From NCBI GenBank assembly GCA_964291415.2, contig OZ219920.1, positions 320,001 through 384,000 on the forward strand: DNA of 64,000 nt, read 5' to 3'. The stretch is from Alphaproteobacteria bacterium. Lineage in GTDB: Bacteria; Pseudomonadota; Alphaproteobacteria; SP197. Position 1 is the first letter of the stretch; the number at the start of each line of letters is the position of its first letter. Position numbers and translations under genes: made by a program. Positions 9,359-19,993 of this stretch are shown piece by piece. The notes beneath the pieces are model-generated. The model did not search any database. It saw only the letters and a list, made by a program, of their open reading frames with translations, and had not been told where the DNA came from.

Positions 9359-10518
9359 CACTCGACAGGCGGTTCCCCTCGATCCACGCGATGCAGGAGT
9401 GCGCAGCCCGGCGGGTGCCGCGCTTCGCCTTTGGCTATCTGGAGGGAGGCATCGACAGGGAAGTCTGCCTGGCTGCCAACATGAATGCCTTGCGCCGGGT
9501 CGTTCTCGCACCCCGTGCAATCGTTGACGAGGCCTTTGAACCGGATCTCTCCGTCACCCTGTTCGGCCGCACCTGGCCGCTTCCCTTCGCTCCCGCCCCG
9601 CTGGGACTGACGGGGCTGATCTGGCCGAACGCCCCGGCGCTCATCGCACGCGCCGCCATTGGCCATGGCCTGCCTGCGTGCCTGAGCAGCTTTGCCACCA
9701 TGTCCGTCGAGGAAATCGGCGCCATCGCCGGGAGCAATCTCTGGTTCCAGCTCTACTGCACCGTGGATCCCGCCATCGAGAACGACATCGTGGATCGGGC
9801 TGAAGCCGCCGGCGCCTCGGTGCTCATCGTGACGGTCGACGTCCCCACGCGTACCAGACGCGAACGCGACATCGCCAGCGGCCTTTCCGTGCCTCCGCGG
9901 ATCGATCGCACGACGCTCACGGACATCATCGCCCGCCCTGCCTGGGCCGTGGCCATGCTGCGGGCTGGCACGCCACGGTTCCGCACGCTCGAGCGCTACC
10001 TGCCCAAGGGGCTGCCTCTGTCGGCCATGGGGGAGCATCTGGCGAGCATGACGGACGGCCGGGTGACGGCGGGAAAGCTCGAACGTCTGCGGAATCGCTG
10101 GAAGGGCTCCATGATCGTCAAGGGACTCCTCGATCCCGATGATGCCGTGAGGATGCGTGACATGGGCGTTGATGCCGTGGCGGTCTCCAACCATGGCGGC
10201 CGCCAGTTCGATGCGGCGCCGGCTCCGGTCGAGGTGCTGACGGCCATCCGCGAGGCCGTTGGCCCAGACTACCCCCTGCTGGCCGACGGTGGCGTACGCT
10301 CGGGAATTGACGTCGCCCGCATGATCGCCTGTGGCGCCGACTTCGTTCTCTTGGGCCGGGCCTTCGCCTATGCGGTCGCTGCCGGGGGCGAGGCCGGGGT
10401 CGACCATGCCATCAGCATCATGCGGGCAGACCTGAGGCAGGGGATGATGCAGGCCGGGACACCACGCCTCGATGGTCTCGCCGCCTGCCGGGCGACGGGG
10501 GTACGCCGCGGCGCCTGA
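9355..10518 (+). CDS. FMN-dependent alpha-hydroxy acid dehydrogenase (LldD/mandelate DH-like)
   Basis: WFQLY, VTVDVP, VKG, SNHGGRQFD, DGGVRSG, LLGRAF. Confidence 0.93.
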   Translation: MTLDRRFPSIHAMQECAARRVPRFAFGYLEGGIDREVCLAANMNALRRVVLAPRAIVDEAFEPDLSVTLFGRTWPLPFAPAPLGLTGLIWPNAPALIARAAIGHGLPACLSSFATMSVEEIGAIAGSNLWFQLYCTVDPAIENDIVDRAEAAGASVLIVTVDVPTRTRRERDIASGLSVPPRIDRTTLTDIIARPAWAVAMLRAGTPRFRTLERYLPKGLPLSAMGEHLASMTDGRVTAGKLERLRNRWKGSMIVKGLLDPDDAVRMRDMGVDAVAVSNHGGRQFDAAPAPVEVLTAIREAVGPDYPLLADGGVRSGIDVARMIACGADFVLLGRAFAYAVAAGGEAGVDHAISIMRADLRQGMMQAGTPRLDGLAACRATGVRRGA

Positions 10519-10521
10519 GGG

Positions 10522-12057
10522 TCAGTTGTCGTGGACGCCGCCTTCGGCCTTGCGGCGGGCGACAAAGTCCTCGAGCTCCTCGCGTATTGCAGGATCGAGA
10601 GGCGGCTCCTGGAAGTCCGCCAGAAGCTTCTTCCAGACGCGGTTGGCGCGCCGGGTGGCATCGGGGCTTCCCGCCTCGACCCAGGTCTCGAAGTTGCGCC
10701 AGTCCGAGAGAAGCGGCGCATAGAAGGCGGTCTCGTAACGCTCCAGGGTGTGGCCGGTGCCGAAGAAGTGACCGCCCGGACCGACGTCCTCCATCGCTTC
10801 CATGCCGATTTCGGCGTCGTTGACGACGATCGGCTCCATGATCTCGAACATGCCCTGGATCATTTCGGCATCGACGATCATCTTTTCGAAACTGGCCACC
10901 AGACCGCCCTCCATCCAGCCGGCGCCGTGATGGATGAGGTTGCCGTGAGCGAGGAAGGCCGCCCACAGGGACATGCCGCTCTCGTAAGCCGCCTGGGCGT
11001 CCACGGCGTTGGACGCGCTGACGTTGCTGGTCCTGAAGGGGATGTTGTAGCGGCGCGCCAGTTGTCCGCTGGCAAGGGTTGCCCTGACGTATTCCGGGGT
11101 GCCGAAAGCCGGCGCTCCCGACTTCATGTCGACGTTGCTGGTGAACCCGCCGTAGACGGATGGAGTGCCGGGCCTGACGATCTGAACCAGCGTCAGGGCG
11201 GCCAGGGCTTCGGCGTTCTGCTGCACGAGGGACCCGGCAAGGGTGGAGGGCGCCATGGCGCCCTGCAGTGTGAACGGCGTGATGGCGACCGCCTGACCGG
11301 CCCGGGCCATCTCGATGAGACCCTGGCTCATGGGTTCGTCAAGGCGTAGCGGCGAGTTGGTGTTGATGAGCGTGATGAGGCCCGGCCGGGCGATCATCTC
11401 GTCCATGTCGATGCCCCGGGCAATGCGGTTCATCTCGATGCCGTCCCGGCTGCGTTCGGCGCCCAGGGCATAGGTCCGCCAGACACGGTCGGTCTCGGTG
11501 ATGAAGGTCATGTAGCAGTCGAGATGCCTGGTGGGCACCGGCAGATCGATGGGTTCCACCGGATATCCGGCGAAGAAATGCACGGCGTTGAGACCGCTGG
11601 CCACTCTCACCAGGTTGCGGAAGTCCTGAAAGCTGCCGGGACGCCGGCCGTTGTCAAGATCGGAGACGTTCGGGGGACTCGACACCGCCGTGGTAACGAT
11701 GTGGTTGCCTCCAAGCGTGATGGAGCGCTCCGCGGTCCGGCTGTGGAGGGTGAACTCAGGCGGCACCGTCGCCATCGCCTGCTCGACGAGACCACGGTCG
11801 AACCGCACGCGCATGGAGCTGTCGTCGACATCGGCGCCTGCCTCGCGGTAGAGCTGCCGCGCGTCTCCGCCCAGAATCTCCATGCCGAGTTCCTCGAGAA
11901 CGTCGAGGGATGCGTTGTGGACATGTTCGATCTGGTCTGCCGAGAGAATGTCGAGCGGGGGAAAGGGATTGTGGACCTCGCGCCAGGGAAGCTGGCGGGG
12001 CGCAGCCGAGCGCGATCGCTCACTGCCCCTGCGTCGGGACCGGGTACGGCGTGCCAT
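10522..12057 (-). CDS. Trimethylamine methyltransferase (MttB) family, non-pyrrolysine
   Basis: INTNSPLRLD, TPFTLQGAMAP, SNVDMKSGAPAFGTPE, AGWMEGGLVASFEK; no in-frame TAG. Confidence 0.92.
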   Translation of the reverse strand: MARRTRSRRRGSERSRSAAPRQLPWREVHNPFPPLDILSADQIEHVHNASLDVLEELGMEILGGDARQLYREAGADVDDSSMRVRFDRGLVEQAMATVPPEFTLHSRTAERSITLGGNHIVTTAVSSPPNVSDLDNGRRPGSFQDFRNLVRVASGLNAVHFFAGYPVEPIDLPVPTRHLDCYMTFITETDRVWRTYALGAERSRDGIEMNRIARGIDMDEMIARPGLITLINTNSPLRLDEPMSQGLIEMARAGQAVAITPFTLQGAMAPSTLAGSLVQQNAEALAALTLVQIVRPGTPSVYGGFTSNVDMKSGAPAFGTPEYVRATLASGQLARRYNIPFRTSNVSASNAVDAQAAYESGMSLWAAFLAHGNLIHHGAGWMEGGLVASFEKMIVDAEMIQGMFEIMEPIVVNDAEIGMEAMEDVGPGGHFFGTGHTLERYETAFYAPLLSDWRNFETWVEAGSPDATRRANRVWKKLLADFQEPPLDPAIREELEDFVARRKAEGGVHDN

Positions 12058-12140
12058 GAAACGCTCCCTTCAGGGGCAGGTTCCCATGCCCCTACTATGG
12101 AAGCAGGTCCCGCCCTGTGACAAGACACCCACGGCGTCGC

Positions 12141-13661
12141 TCACCCGCTCAGGATCTCCGCCTTGCGGCGGGAGACGAAGGCATCGAGTTCCGCTGCGGT
12201 GTCGGCTGAGAGCGCAGGCGCTTCCCAGGCGTCGATGAGCGTGCGGGCAAGGCCCGAGGCGCGTCCGGATGCGTCGATGCCGCCGGCATCACTCCAGCTC
12301 TCGAAATTCGTCCAGTCCGACACCATCGGTTCGTGGAAGGCCGTCTCGTAGCGCTCGAGTGTGTGGTCGGCGCCGAAGAAATGCCCCCCCGGACCGACGT
12401 CCGCCATGGCCGACATGCCGATTTCCTCGTCGGTCACCTTCACCGGCTCCAGAACCTGGCTGATCATCTCGATGGTATCCGCGTCGATCACCATCTTCTC
12501 GAAGCTGGCCACCAATCCGCCTTCAAGCCATCCGGCTGCGTGCAGCACGATGTTGGCGTGGCTCATCACGGCACTCCACAGGGAAATCTGGCTTTCGTAG
12601 GCGGCCTGGGCATCGACCGACGTGGAGGCGTTGACGTTGCTCGAACGATAGGGAACTCCGTTGAGACGGGCGAGCTGGCCACCGATCATCGTCGCCCGGG
12701 CGTATTCGGGCGTGCCGAAGGCGGGGGCGCCCGTCTTCATGTCCACATTGCTGGTGAATCCACCATAGACCACCGGAGCGCCCGGGTTGACGAGTTGCAC
12801 CAGTGTCATGCCGGCAAGCGCCTCGGCATTCTGCTGGGTGACGGCCCCGGCAACACTGGCAGGCGCCATGGCGCCTGCCAGCGTGAAGGGCGTGACGATG
12901 ACCGGCTGGTTGTGTTCGGCCATGGTCATCATGCCGTCGAGCATCGGTGTGTCGAACCTCAGGGGCGAGTTTGCATTGACCACGGTGACGATGCTCGGTT
13001 GTTCCTTCAGTTCCTGGCGCGACAGGTTTCTGGCGATGCAGATGATGGACAGCGCGTCATCGATGCGTTCAGTGCCGAGTGAATAGGCGTGCCACGCCCG
13101 GTCGGTGAGCGTGACAAAGGCGGCGAGACAGTCGAGATGGCGGGTGGCGGCCGGAAGGTCGGTCGGCTCCACCGGGTAGCCGCCGAAGAAATGCAGGCAG
13201 TTGAGCCCCTGAGCAAGGCGCAGGAAATCGCAAAAGTCCCGGAAGTTGCCTTCGCGGCGCCCCCTTTCGAGATCGTGGGCGAAGGGCGGGCTGGCAACCG
13301 GCGTGAAGGCGATGCGGTTGCCGCCGATGGTGAGCGAGCGTTGCGGATTGCGGGCATGGAGCGTGAAGGTGCGGGGTGCGGAGGCCATGGCATGCGCGAC
13401 GAGCTGCCGGGGCAGGCGCACTCTCGACGTGCCGCGGTCCACGTCGGCGCCCGCGTCATGGAACACCGCACGTGCCCGCTCGTGCAGGAACTCGATGCCG
13501 ATTTCCTCGAGAACGGCAAGGGACCGGTCCTGGATGTGGTCGATTTCATCCCGGGACACCGCCTCGAGGGGCGCAAAGGGATTGACCGGCAGGCGCCAGG
13601 CCGGTTGTTGACGGGCGCCCTTCGTGCGTCGCTGACGGCCTCTTCGTGACACTCGTGCCAT
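12141..13661 (-). CDS. Trimethylamine methyltransferase (MttB) family, non-pyrrolysine, paralogue 2
   Basis: VNANSPLRFD, TPFTLAGAMAP, SNVDMKTGAPAFGTPE, AGWLEGGLVASFEK; Arg-rich N-terminus like its neighbour. Confidence 0.92.
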   Translation of the reverse strand: MARVSRRGRQRRTKGARQQPAWRLPVNPFAPLEAVSRDEIDHIQDRSLAVLEEIGIEFLHERARAVFHDAGADVDRGTSRVRLPRQLVAHAMASAPRTFTLHARNPQRSLTIGGNRIAFTPVASPPFAHDLERGRREGNFRDFCDFLRLAQGLNCLHFFGGYPVEPTDLPAATRHLDCLAAFVTLTDRAWHAYSLGTERIDDALSIICIARNLSRQELKEQPSIVTVVNANSPLRFDTPMLDGMMTMAEHNQPVIVTPFTLAGAMAPASVAGAVTQQNAEALAGMTLVQLVNPGAPVVYGGFTSNVDMKTGAPAFGTPEYARATMIGGQLARLNGVPYRSSNVNASTSVDAQAAYESQISLWSAVMSHANIVLHAAGWLEGGLVASFEKMVIDADTIEMISQVLEPVKVTDEEIGMSAMADVGPGGHFFGADHTLERYETAFHEPMVSDWTNFESWSDAGGIDASGRASGLARTLIDAWEAPALSADTAAELDAFVSRRKAEILSG

Positions 13662-13727
13662 GGATTGCGGCCCCATCACTGTCTTGTGTTCATAGGCCAT
13701 GCGGCGGTTGCGGGCAAACCGGAGCTC

Positions 13728-15098
13728 TCATCGGGCCATCGAGTGCATCACCGCCGCGAAGTCATGGGCAATCCGGTCTTCCATGGCGTGGTGGCCCCCG
13801 TTGATGACGTGACGGCCACGGACGAACACGTCGCGAACGGGGTTGCCGTTGCCGGAAAGGATGAAGCTGTCGAGAAGCTGGCCGTGTCTGCGGGCGACGA
13901 GCGCCGGGTGATCGGCATCCAGGACCACGACATCCGCTGGCGCGCCGGGCTGCAATCCGGCGACCGTCTGCCCCAGCGCCCGGGCGCCGCCGACAAGGCC
14001 CGACCGCCACAGGGCCTCGCCGGTGTGAGGAACGTCCCGGGTCGAGACCACGCAGCGCCGCCTGCGGCGCAGCCGTTGCACATACTCCAGCCACCGCAGT
14101 TCCTCGACCGGGCTCGTCGACACGTGGCTGTCGGAGCCGATGCCGAAGACGCCGCGCTGCTTCAGATATGACCCCAGGGGGAACATGCCGTCGCCCAGGT
14201 TCGCTTCGGTCGTCGGACACAGGCCGACCACGGCCCCGCTTGCCGCCATCCGGGCGACCTCGCCTGCTGTCACGTGGGTTGCGTGGACGAGGCACCATCG
14301 CCTGTCGACAGGGACATGCTCGAGGAGCCAGTCGACCGGCCGTTTTCCCGACCAGGCGAGACACTCCTCCACTTCACGCCCTTGTTCGGCGATGTGGATG
14401 TGGACGGGCATGTTGTCGTCAACGAACGCCAGTACCTCCGTCAGTCCGGTCCTGCCGACGGCGCGCAGGGAATGAGGTGCGATTCCCAGCCTGACTCCAC
14501 TGTCGCGGGCACGGCCAAGCGTCTGCATGAGCCGCAGGTAGGCATCGCTGTCATGGACGAACCGGCGCTGGCCCGGTTCCGCAGGGGCTTCGCCAAACCC
14601 GCCGAAGGTGTAGAGGACCGGGAGCAGTGTCAGCGCGATTCCGGTATGGCGCGCGGCGTCGACGAGGCGCCAGGAGATTTCAGCGGGATCGTCGTAGGGC
14701 ATGCCGTCCTGCTGGTGGTGCAGGTAGTGAAACTCGCCAACCGCCGTGTAGCCGGCCTTGAGCATCTCGAGGTAGAGCTGGGCGGCGATGGCGCCGACGT
14801 CGTCGGGTCCGAGGCGCGCCAGAAAGAGATACATCGCCTCGCGCCAGCTCCAGAAGCTGTCCGCTGTTCCCGATCCCGCCCTTTCCCCCAGTCCCGCCAT
14901 GGCCCGCTGGAAGGCATGGCTGTGGAGATTGGCCATTCCCGGAAGAACCGGTCCCGCAAGGCGAACCGATCCGGGCGGCGCAGGCGTACCGGTGCCCACG
15001 GACTCGATCATCCCGTCGGCGTCGATGGTGATCTGGACATCATCGGCCCAGCCGTCGATCAGCATCGCCGACGGCGCGTGAAGGACGGTACTGGGCAT
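13728..15098 (-). CDS. hutF: Formimidoylglutamate deiminase
   Basis: PGMANLHSHAFQRAMAG, EFHYLHH, APHSLRAV, HIHIAEQ, CPTTEANLGDG, IGSDSH. Confidence 0.95.
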   Translation of the reverse strand: MPSTVLHAPSAMLIDGWADDVQITIDADGMIESVGTGTPAPPGSVRLAGPVLPGMANLHSHAFQRAMAGLGERAGSGTADSFWSWREAMYLFLARLGPDDVGAIAAQLYLEMLKAGYTAVGEFHYLHHQQDGMPYDDPAEISWRLVDAARHTGIALTLLPVLYTFGGFGEAPAEPGQRRFVHDSDAYLRLMQTLGRARDSGVRLGIAPHSLRAVGRTGLTEVLAFVDDNMPVHIHIAEQGREVEECLAWSGKRPVDWLLEHVPVDRRWCLVHATHVTAGEVARMAASGAVVGLCPTTEANLGDGMFPLGSYLKQRGVFGIGSDSHVSTSPVEELRWLEYVQRLRRRRRCVVSTRDVPHTGEALWRSGLVGGARALGQTVAGLQPGAPADVVVLDADHPALVARRHGQLLDSFILSGNGNPVRDVFVRGRHVINGGHHAMEDRIAHDFAAVMHSMAR

Positions 15099-15463
15099 GC
15101 CGGTCGCTCCTCGAACACCAGGCGACAGCAATAGTCGGCACAGTCCGGCGTGCGCAAGTCTCCCGTCGCTCACCGGGCAAGAACGCATGCACCGCCATGC
15201 AGGCGTCAACGGCGTCCCACACGCGACTCTCGCCCTTGGCCCAAGTGTCGAACAGAGCGCAGGTCCTTGCATGACCGGGCTCCGCTCCCGGCATGTCGCA
15301 GGGAAGGGTGGTTCGAAACAGTCGGAGCCGGTCTGGACGGGTCACTCCCAATCGGCACACTGGATCACCTGCCTCCTAGGGGATCCCGGGCCGGCCATCG
15401 AAACGGCGTCCCGGAAAATCGGGGACATCGTCGCAACGAAACGCCGCGGGGAGCTGAACACTC

Positions 15464-16009
15464 GTGAAGGACACGATCCGCACCGGCACAGTCGAACTCG
15501 TCGAGGCGACACGCGACGACATTCCCCTCGTGCAGGACCTGGCGCGCTTCTACCTCTACGACATGGCGCGCCAGATCGGTCCCCGTGAAGAGTGGGTCGC
15601 CAACGCCACGTGGCGGTGCGAGCAGATGGATCTCTCGTACGCGTGGAACGAAGGCAACCACCCGTTTCTCATTGAAGTTGACGGCAACATCGCGGGTTTC
15701 TGCCTGATTGATCGCTACCGCCTCGTGCCCGGCGTCGACTGGAACATGAGCGAGTTCTACGTGTCGGGCCCCTGGGCGGGACGCGGCGTGGGGCGCCGGG
15801 CCGCCGAAGCCGCCTTCGATCGCTTCACGGGATGCTGGCAGGTGGTGCAGTTCCCTCAAAACAGGGCTGCCGTGCTCTTCTGGCGGCGGGTGATCGAGAC
15901 CTATTCGGGCGGAGCCTTCACGGAACGTCTCATTCCGGATCCGGATGGAGACGGTGCCCAGCTCAACGTCATGACCTTTGCCGTATCGGACATGAAGCCC
16001 CGATCATGA
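15464..16009 (+). CDS. GNAT family N-acetyltransferase
   Basis: FLIEVDGNIAGF, MSEFYV..GRGVGRRAA acetyl-CoA motif, NRAAVLFWRRV. Confidence 0.85.
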   Translation: MKDTIRTGTVELVEATRDDIPLVQDLARFYLYDMARQIGPREEWVANATWRCEQMDLSYAWNEGNHPFLIEVDGNIAGFCLIDRYRLVPGVDWNMSEFYVSGPWAGRGVGRRAAEAAFDRFTGCWQVVQFPQNRAAVLFWRRVIETYSGGAFTERLIPDPDGDGAQLNVMTFAVSDMKPRS

Positions 16010-16070
16010 AGAACCGCTTCAACTCTAGGTCGACTTTCCGTTCATCGCTGATGATGCGAAAGTGACATCC

Positions 16071-17297
16071 ATGTGGGATACGCTCTGGCTGGACGTTCGC
16101 CTCGCCACCATGGAGGAGGGCCGTGGCGCCTATGGCGTGATCGATGACGGTGCGCTCGGCGTCAGCGACGGTCGCATCGTGTTCTGCGGCAGGCGCGATG
16201 CCTTGCCGGGTCACGCCGGAGCGCTCGCCCGCGAGGTGTACCGCCTTGACGGACGCTGGATGACGCCTGGCCTCATCGATTGCCACACCCATCTCGTCTA
16301 CGGCGGCGACCGGGCCGACGAGTTCGAGGCCCGTCTCGAAGGCGCGTCCTACGAGGATCTTCTCAAGGCCGGGCACGGCATTCTCTCCACGGTCCGCGCG
16401 ACGCGTGCAGCCGATTGCGAAGCACTGGTCAACGCGGCCCTGCCGCGGCTCGACGCGTTGCTGGCCGAGGGTGTGACCACAGTCGAGATCAAGTCGGGCT
16501 ACGGCCTCGACCTCGACACGGAATGCACCATGCTGCGGGCGGCAAGGCACCTCCAGACGATGCGTCCGGTCAGCGTCGTGACCACGTTCCTGGGCGCCCA
16601 TGCCCTGCCGCCCGAGTTCAACGACAGAAGGGACGACTACGTGGAATTCGTCTGCGCAACGGTGATGCCGGAGGTGGTCGCCTGCGGACTGGCGGATGCC
16701 GTCGACGTCTTCTGTGAACACGTTGCCTTCACGGCCGCGGAAACGGATCGCATCCTTGCCAGGGCCCGCCATCTCGGTTTGCCGGTCAAGCTCCACGCCG
16801 GACAGCTCTCGGAGTGCGGCGCCGTCGAGGTCGCCGCCCGCCATGGCGCGCTCTCATGCGATCATCTCGAGTATCTCTCGCCGGACGGCGCTCAAGCCAT
16901 GGCGCGCGCCGGAACCGTTGCGGTGCTGCTTCCCGGTGCGGCCTACGTGCTGCGCGCCGACACCATGCCATCGATCGATCTCATGCGCCGCCACGACCTT
17001 GCCATGGCCGTGTCGACAGACTGCAATCCGGGCAGTTCCCCGGTGACGTCGCTGCTGCTCATGCTCAACATGGCGTCGACCCTCTTTCTTCTCACTCCCG
17101 AAGAGGCTCTCGCCGGTGCGACAAGACAGGCCGCAAGGGCGCTCGGTCTCCTGGGCGACCGCGGCACGCTCAGTGTCGGCAAACGGGCGGATCTGGCCGT
17201 CTGGGACATCAACCACCCCAATGTCCTTGCCTATCAGGTGGGATTCAATCCGCTCCACGCCGTCATCAAGGGCGGCAACGTGGCAACACGGAATTGA
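16071..17297 (+). CDS. hutI: Imidazolonepropionase
   Basis: [44 protein letters not shown]. Confidence 0.95.
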   Translation: MWDTLWLDVRLATMEEGRGAYGVIDDGALGVSDGRIVFCGRRDALPGHAGALAREVYRLDGRWMTPGLIDCHTHLVYGGDRADEFEARLEGASYEDLLKAGHGILSTVRATRAADCEALVNAALPRLDALLAEGVTTVEIKSGYGLDLDTECTMLRAARHLQTMRPVSVVTTFLGAHALPPEFNDRRDDYVEFVCATVMPEVVACGLADAVDVFCEHVAFTAAETDRILARARHLGLPVKLHAGQLSECGAVEVAARHGALSCDHLEYLSPDGAQAMARAGTVAVLLPGAAYVLRADTMPSIDLMRRHDLAMAVSTDCNPGSSPVTSLLLMLNMASTLFLLTPEEALAGATRQAARALGLLGDRGTLSVGKRADLAVWDINHPNVLAYQVGFNPLHAVIKGGNVATRN

Positions 17298-17347
17298 CAA
17301 ACTCCCTTGCGTGATCTGCTACACTCCACGGACCTGACAAACGGGAG

Positions 17348-17878
17348 ATGGTCATGACACGCTGCAAGACCCTGAGTGCCGTCCTGGTCGTGTTCAGCCT
17401 CGCTGTGGGCGGTCACGCTGCGGCGGAGATGCAGACATCGGTCAACATCACTCCTCAGGGGGTGGCGATCGGCGGCTGGGACACCGTTGCCTACTTCACG
17501 GAGAATCGCGCCGTCATGGGATCGGCGGAATTCTCACACGACTGGCAGGGAGCCACCTGGCATTTTGCCTCGGCTGCCAACCGCGACCTCTTCGCGGGCG
17601 ATCCCGAAGCCTACGCCCCGCAGTTCGGCGGCTGGTGTGCCTATGCCCTGACGCAGGGCGAGTACGCGGCAGAGGTCGACCCCCAACAGGCCTGGACCGT
17701 TCACGAGAACCAGCTGTTCCTCAACTGGAATGCCAAGATTCGCAAGAAATGGGTCAACAATGGCATCGAGGACGGTGTGACCGTCGGCCGCGAGAACTGG
17801 GTTGAGGTCGAGCAGCAGATCCTCGACGGCGAAGCGGAGTATTCGCGCAAGGGGAATTCCCCGTGGAACGATTTGTAA
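17348..17878 (+). CDS. Exported YHS-domain (seleno)protein family member, Cys form
   Basis: Signal peptide; AIGGWDTVAYF..WHFASAANRDLF..YAPQFGGWCAY. Confidence 0.85.
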   Translation: MVMTRCKTLSAVLVVFSLAVGGHAAAEMQTSVNITPQGVAIGGWDTVAYFTENRAVMGSAEFSHDWQGATWHFASAANRDLFAGDPEAYAPQFGGWCAYALTQGEYAAEVDPQQAWTVHENQLFLNWNAKIRKKWVNNGIEDGVTVGRENWVEVEQQILDGEAEYSRKGNSPWNDL

Positions 17879-17888
17879 TCATCGCGCC

Positions 17889-18629
17889 ATGACGACGCCT
17901 CGCGTCCTCGTCTTCCAGCATATCGCCATCGAACATCCCGGCGTATTCCGGGACTTCCTTGCGGAGGACGGAATCCCCTGGACTGCCGTTGAGCTCGACG
18001 AGGGGGCGGCGATTCCGGACCTCTCGGACTTCGACGTGCTGTGGGTCATGGGTGGTCCCATGGACGTCTGGCAGGACGATCTCCACCCCTGGCTCGAACC
18101 CGAGAGGCAGGCCATTCGCGAGGCCGTTGTGTCGCGCAGGATGCCGTTCCTGGGCTTCTGCCTGGGTCATCAGCTCCTGGCCCAGGCGCTCGGCGGCGAG
18201 GTGGGACCGGCTGCCGAGCCGGAAATCGGCATCCTCGAGGTGGAGCTTGAACCGGCCGGCATCGCAAGTCCCCTCTTCGCGGGCCTCCCGGCGGTTCATC
18301 GCACCCTGCAGTGGCATGGCGCGGAAGTCCTCGACGTTCCGCCCGAAACGCAGGTGCTGGCGAAGTCCGGCGCCTGTGCAACGCAGTCGCTCGGGTACGG
18401 CGATCACGCCTTCAGTATCCAGTACCACATCGAGATCACGTCCGAGACGGTGAGCCAATGGGCCAGGGTGCCGGAATACAAGCGCGCCCTCGAGGACAAC
18501 CTCGGCTCCGGAGCCCTGCCCCGGCTCGAGACCGAGGCGGCGGCCGCGATGGCCGAGTTCAACGCGAGCGCCCGCATCGTCTACGACAACTTCATGGGCA
18601 TGGTCCGCAGCCGCCTGCAGGCTCCGTGA
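17889..18629 (+). CDS. Type 1 glutamine amidotransferase-like protein
   Basis: VFQH..EHPG, MGGPMDV, LGFCLGHQLLA, QWHG, QYHIE. Confidence 0.9.
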   Translation: MTTPRVLVFQHIAIEHPGVFRDFLAEDGIPWTAVELDEGAAIPDLSDFDVLWVMGGPMDVWQDDLHPWLEPERQAIREAVVSRRMPFLGFCLGHQLLAQALGGEVGPAAEPEIGILEVELEPAGIASPLFAGLPAVHRTLQWHGAEVLDVPPETQVLAKSGACATQSLGYGDHAFSIQYHIEITSETVSQWARVPEYKRALEDNLGSGALPRLETEAAAAMAEFNASARIVYDNFMGMVRSRLQAP

Positions 18630-18761
18630 ATCCCTGCTTCGCGCCGCCCTGCCACTGGCAACTGGATAGGGCATGACCCAGGGTTGATCAGACGTGATCG
18701 ATGAAGCCGGACCGGTCACGTTGCCAGGTCGGTCAGACCGCCTGTGTCTTCCCGGGGGTGG

Positions 18762-19190
18762 TCAGAGCAATCCGGCCGGGATGGCGAAGGCATCTCGCGT
18801 AAGTCTGGTTCCGGTTTCCTTCAGGCAAACCACGGCTCCCGTTCCGAGTGGCCTGCCCAGCCTGGTCAGGGTCGAGAGGTTCCTCGCGGCGGCGAGTCCC
18901 GGGGATGCCGTCTTCTTGAACTCGAAGGGATGAATTCTGTTGTCGCGCTCGACCAGCAGATCCACTTCCCGGTTGTCCCGGTCCCGGTAGAAGCGAACAG
19001 CGGCGTGCAATCCGCCATGCCAGTAGCTCTTGAGAATCTCGGCGAACATCCAGGTCTCCAGGATGGCGCCGGACATCGCACCGGTCACCGCGTTGATCAC
19101 CAGTCGCCCGGACGTTTCTCAAGCACCCATGTCCAAGCATCGACATTTCCGCGAGGCGTGCCTGACGAAGACTCCCGTGCTGTACGGCCT
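18762..19190 (-). pseudogene. 3' remnant of AAA_14/DUF4143 ATP-binding protein
   Basis: GAMSGAILETW..EILKSY..FYRDRDNREVDLLVE..PFEFKKTASP; upstream degenerate RPYS..CLDMGA* with a stop; no ATPase domain. Confidence 0.75.
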
Positions 19191-19245
19191 GCCGCTGCGC
19201 ATCGATCGCCAGCGAGGCCGGGAGTGCCCCGAAGTCGCCGGGAAT

Positions 19246-19959
19246 TCAGCCCGCAATGGTGCGCAGGCGGGCGATCTGGCTTTCCACCGAGATACCCTCC
19301 TGCGAGGTGATTTCCAGTTTCTTGTCCTGGAAGGTGTCTCCGGGATGAGCCTGCCTCCATTCCTCGACGACCCTGTCGCGTTCGCGCACCAGGTCCTTCA
19401 CCAGCGGTCGAAACAGGCGCAGCATGCCGGTGATCCAGCGGTTGACGGGCCAGGATGGCCGGGCGTGATCGATCACGAAGTCGTCGACCATCTCGCAGAC
19501 ATCGTCGGCCGCATACCAGGCTTCTCCCGTGACCCACCGATTGACGGTGAAGAGGCCTATGGCGAATCCCTTGGAATCCATCGAGATGGCGATGAGGTGA
19601 CTGAGCGCGTCGTTGCCCGTCGGCCACTCCGCTTCGCCGTCGTAGGCCACCGGAACGACGCCCGGCTTCATGCCCTTGGTGCGCATGAAGGTGTGAAAGT
19701 GGCCGTGTTCTCCAGGCCTCTGTGCCTTGGGATGGGCATGGTAGTAGTACTGGCTGTGGCTCGTGCGGTCGAAGACATCGCCCTTGGGATAGTGCCGCCA
19801 CTGGTAGAACGTGCCGGCGTCCCGCAGCAGTTCGCCAACGATGTTGTCATTGGTCCGGCGCAGGACGCGATGGCATTCGAGAACGTCGTTGCCTGCCGCG
19901 ATCATCGCCTCGAGTTCGTCATGCGGGAGATCTTCAAGGCGGGTCCGTTCTGTCGTCAT
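19246..19959 (-). CDS. His-motif hypothetical protein (DUF6969-like by recall)
   Basis: 237 aa; HYPKGDV, QYYYHAH, EHGHFHTF, SHLIAISMD, LFTVNRWVTGE; begins 34 bp after the FGE gene. Confidence 0.75.
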   Translation of the reverse strand: MTTERTRLEDLPHDELEAMIAAGNDVLECHRVLRRTNDNIVGELLRDAGTFYQWRHYPKGDVFDRTSHSQYYYHAHPKAQRPGEHGHFHTFMRTKGMKPGVVPVAYDGEAEWPTGNDALSHLIAISMDSKGFAIGLFTVNRWVTGEAWYAADDVCEMVDDFVIDHARPSWPVNRWITGMLRLFRPLVKDLVRERDRVVEEWRQAHPGDTFQDKKLEITSQEGISVESQIARLRTIAG

Positions 19960-19993
19960 GGCGAGCCCTCTCGGGTGGATGTCCGGGCCATGG

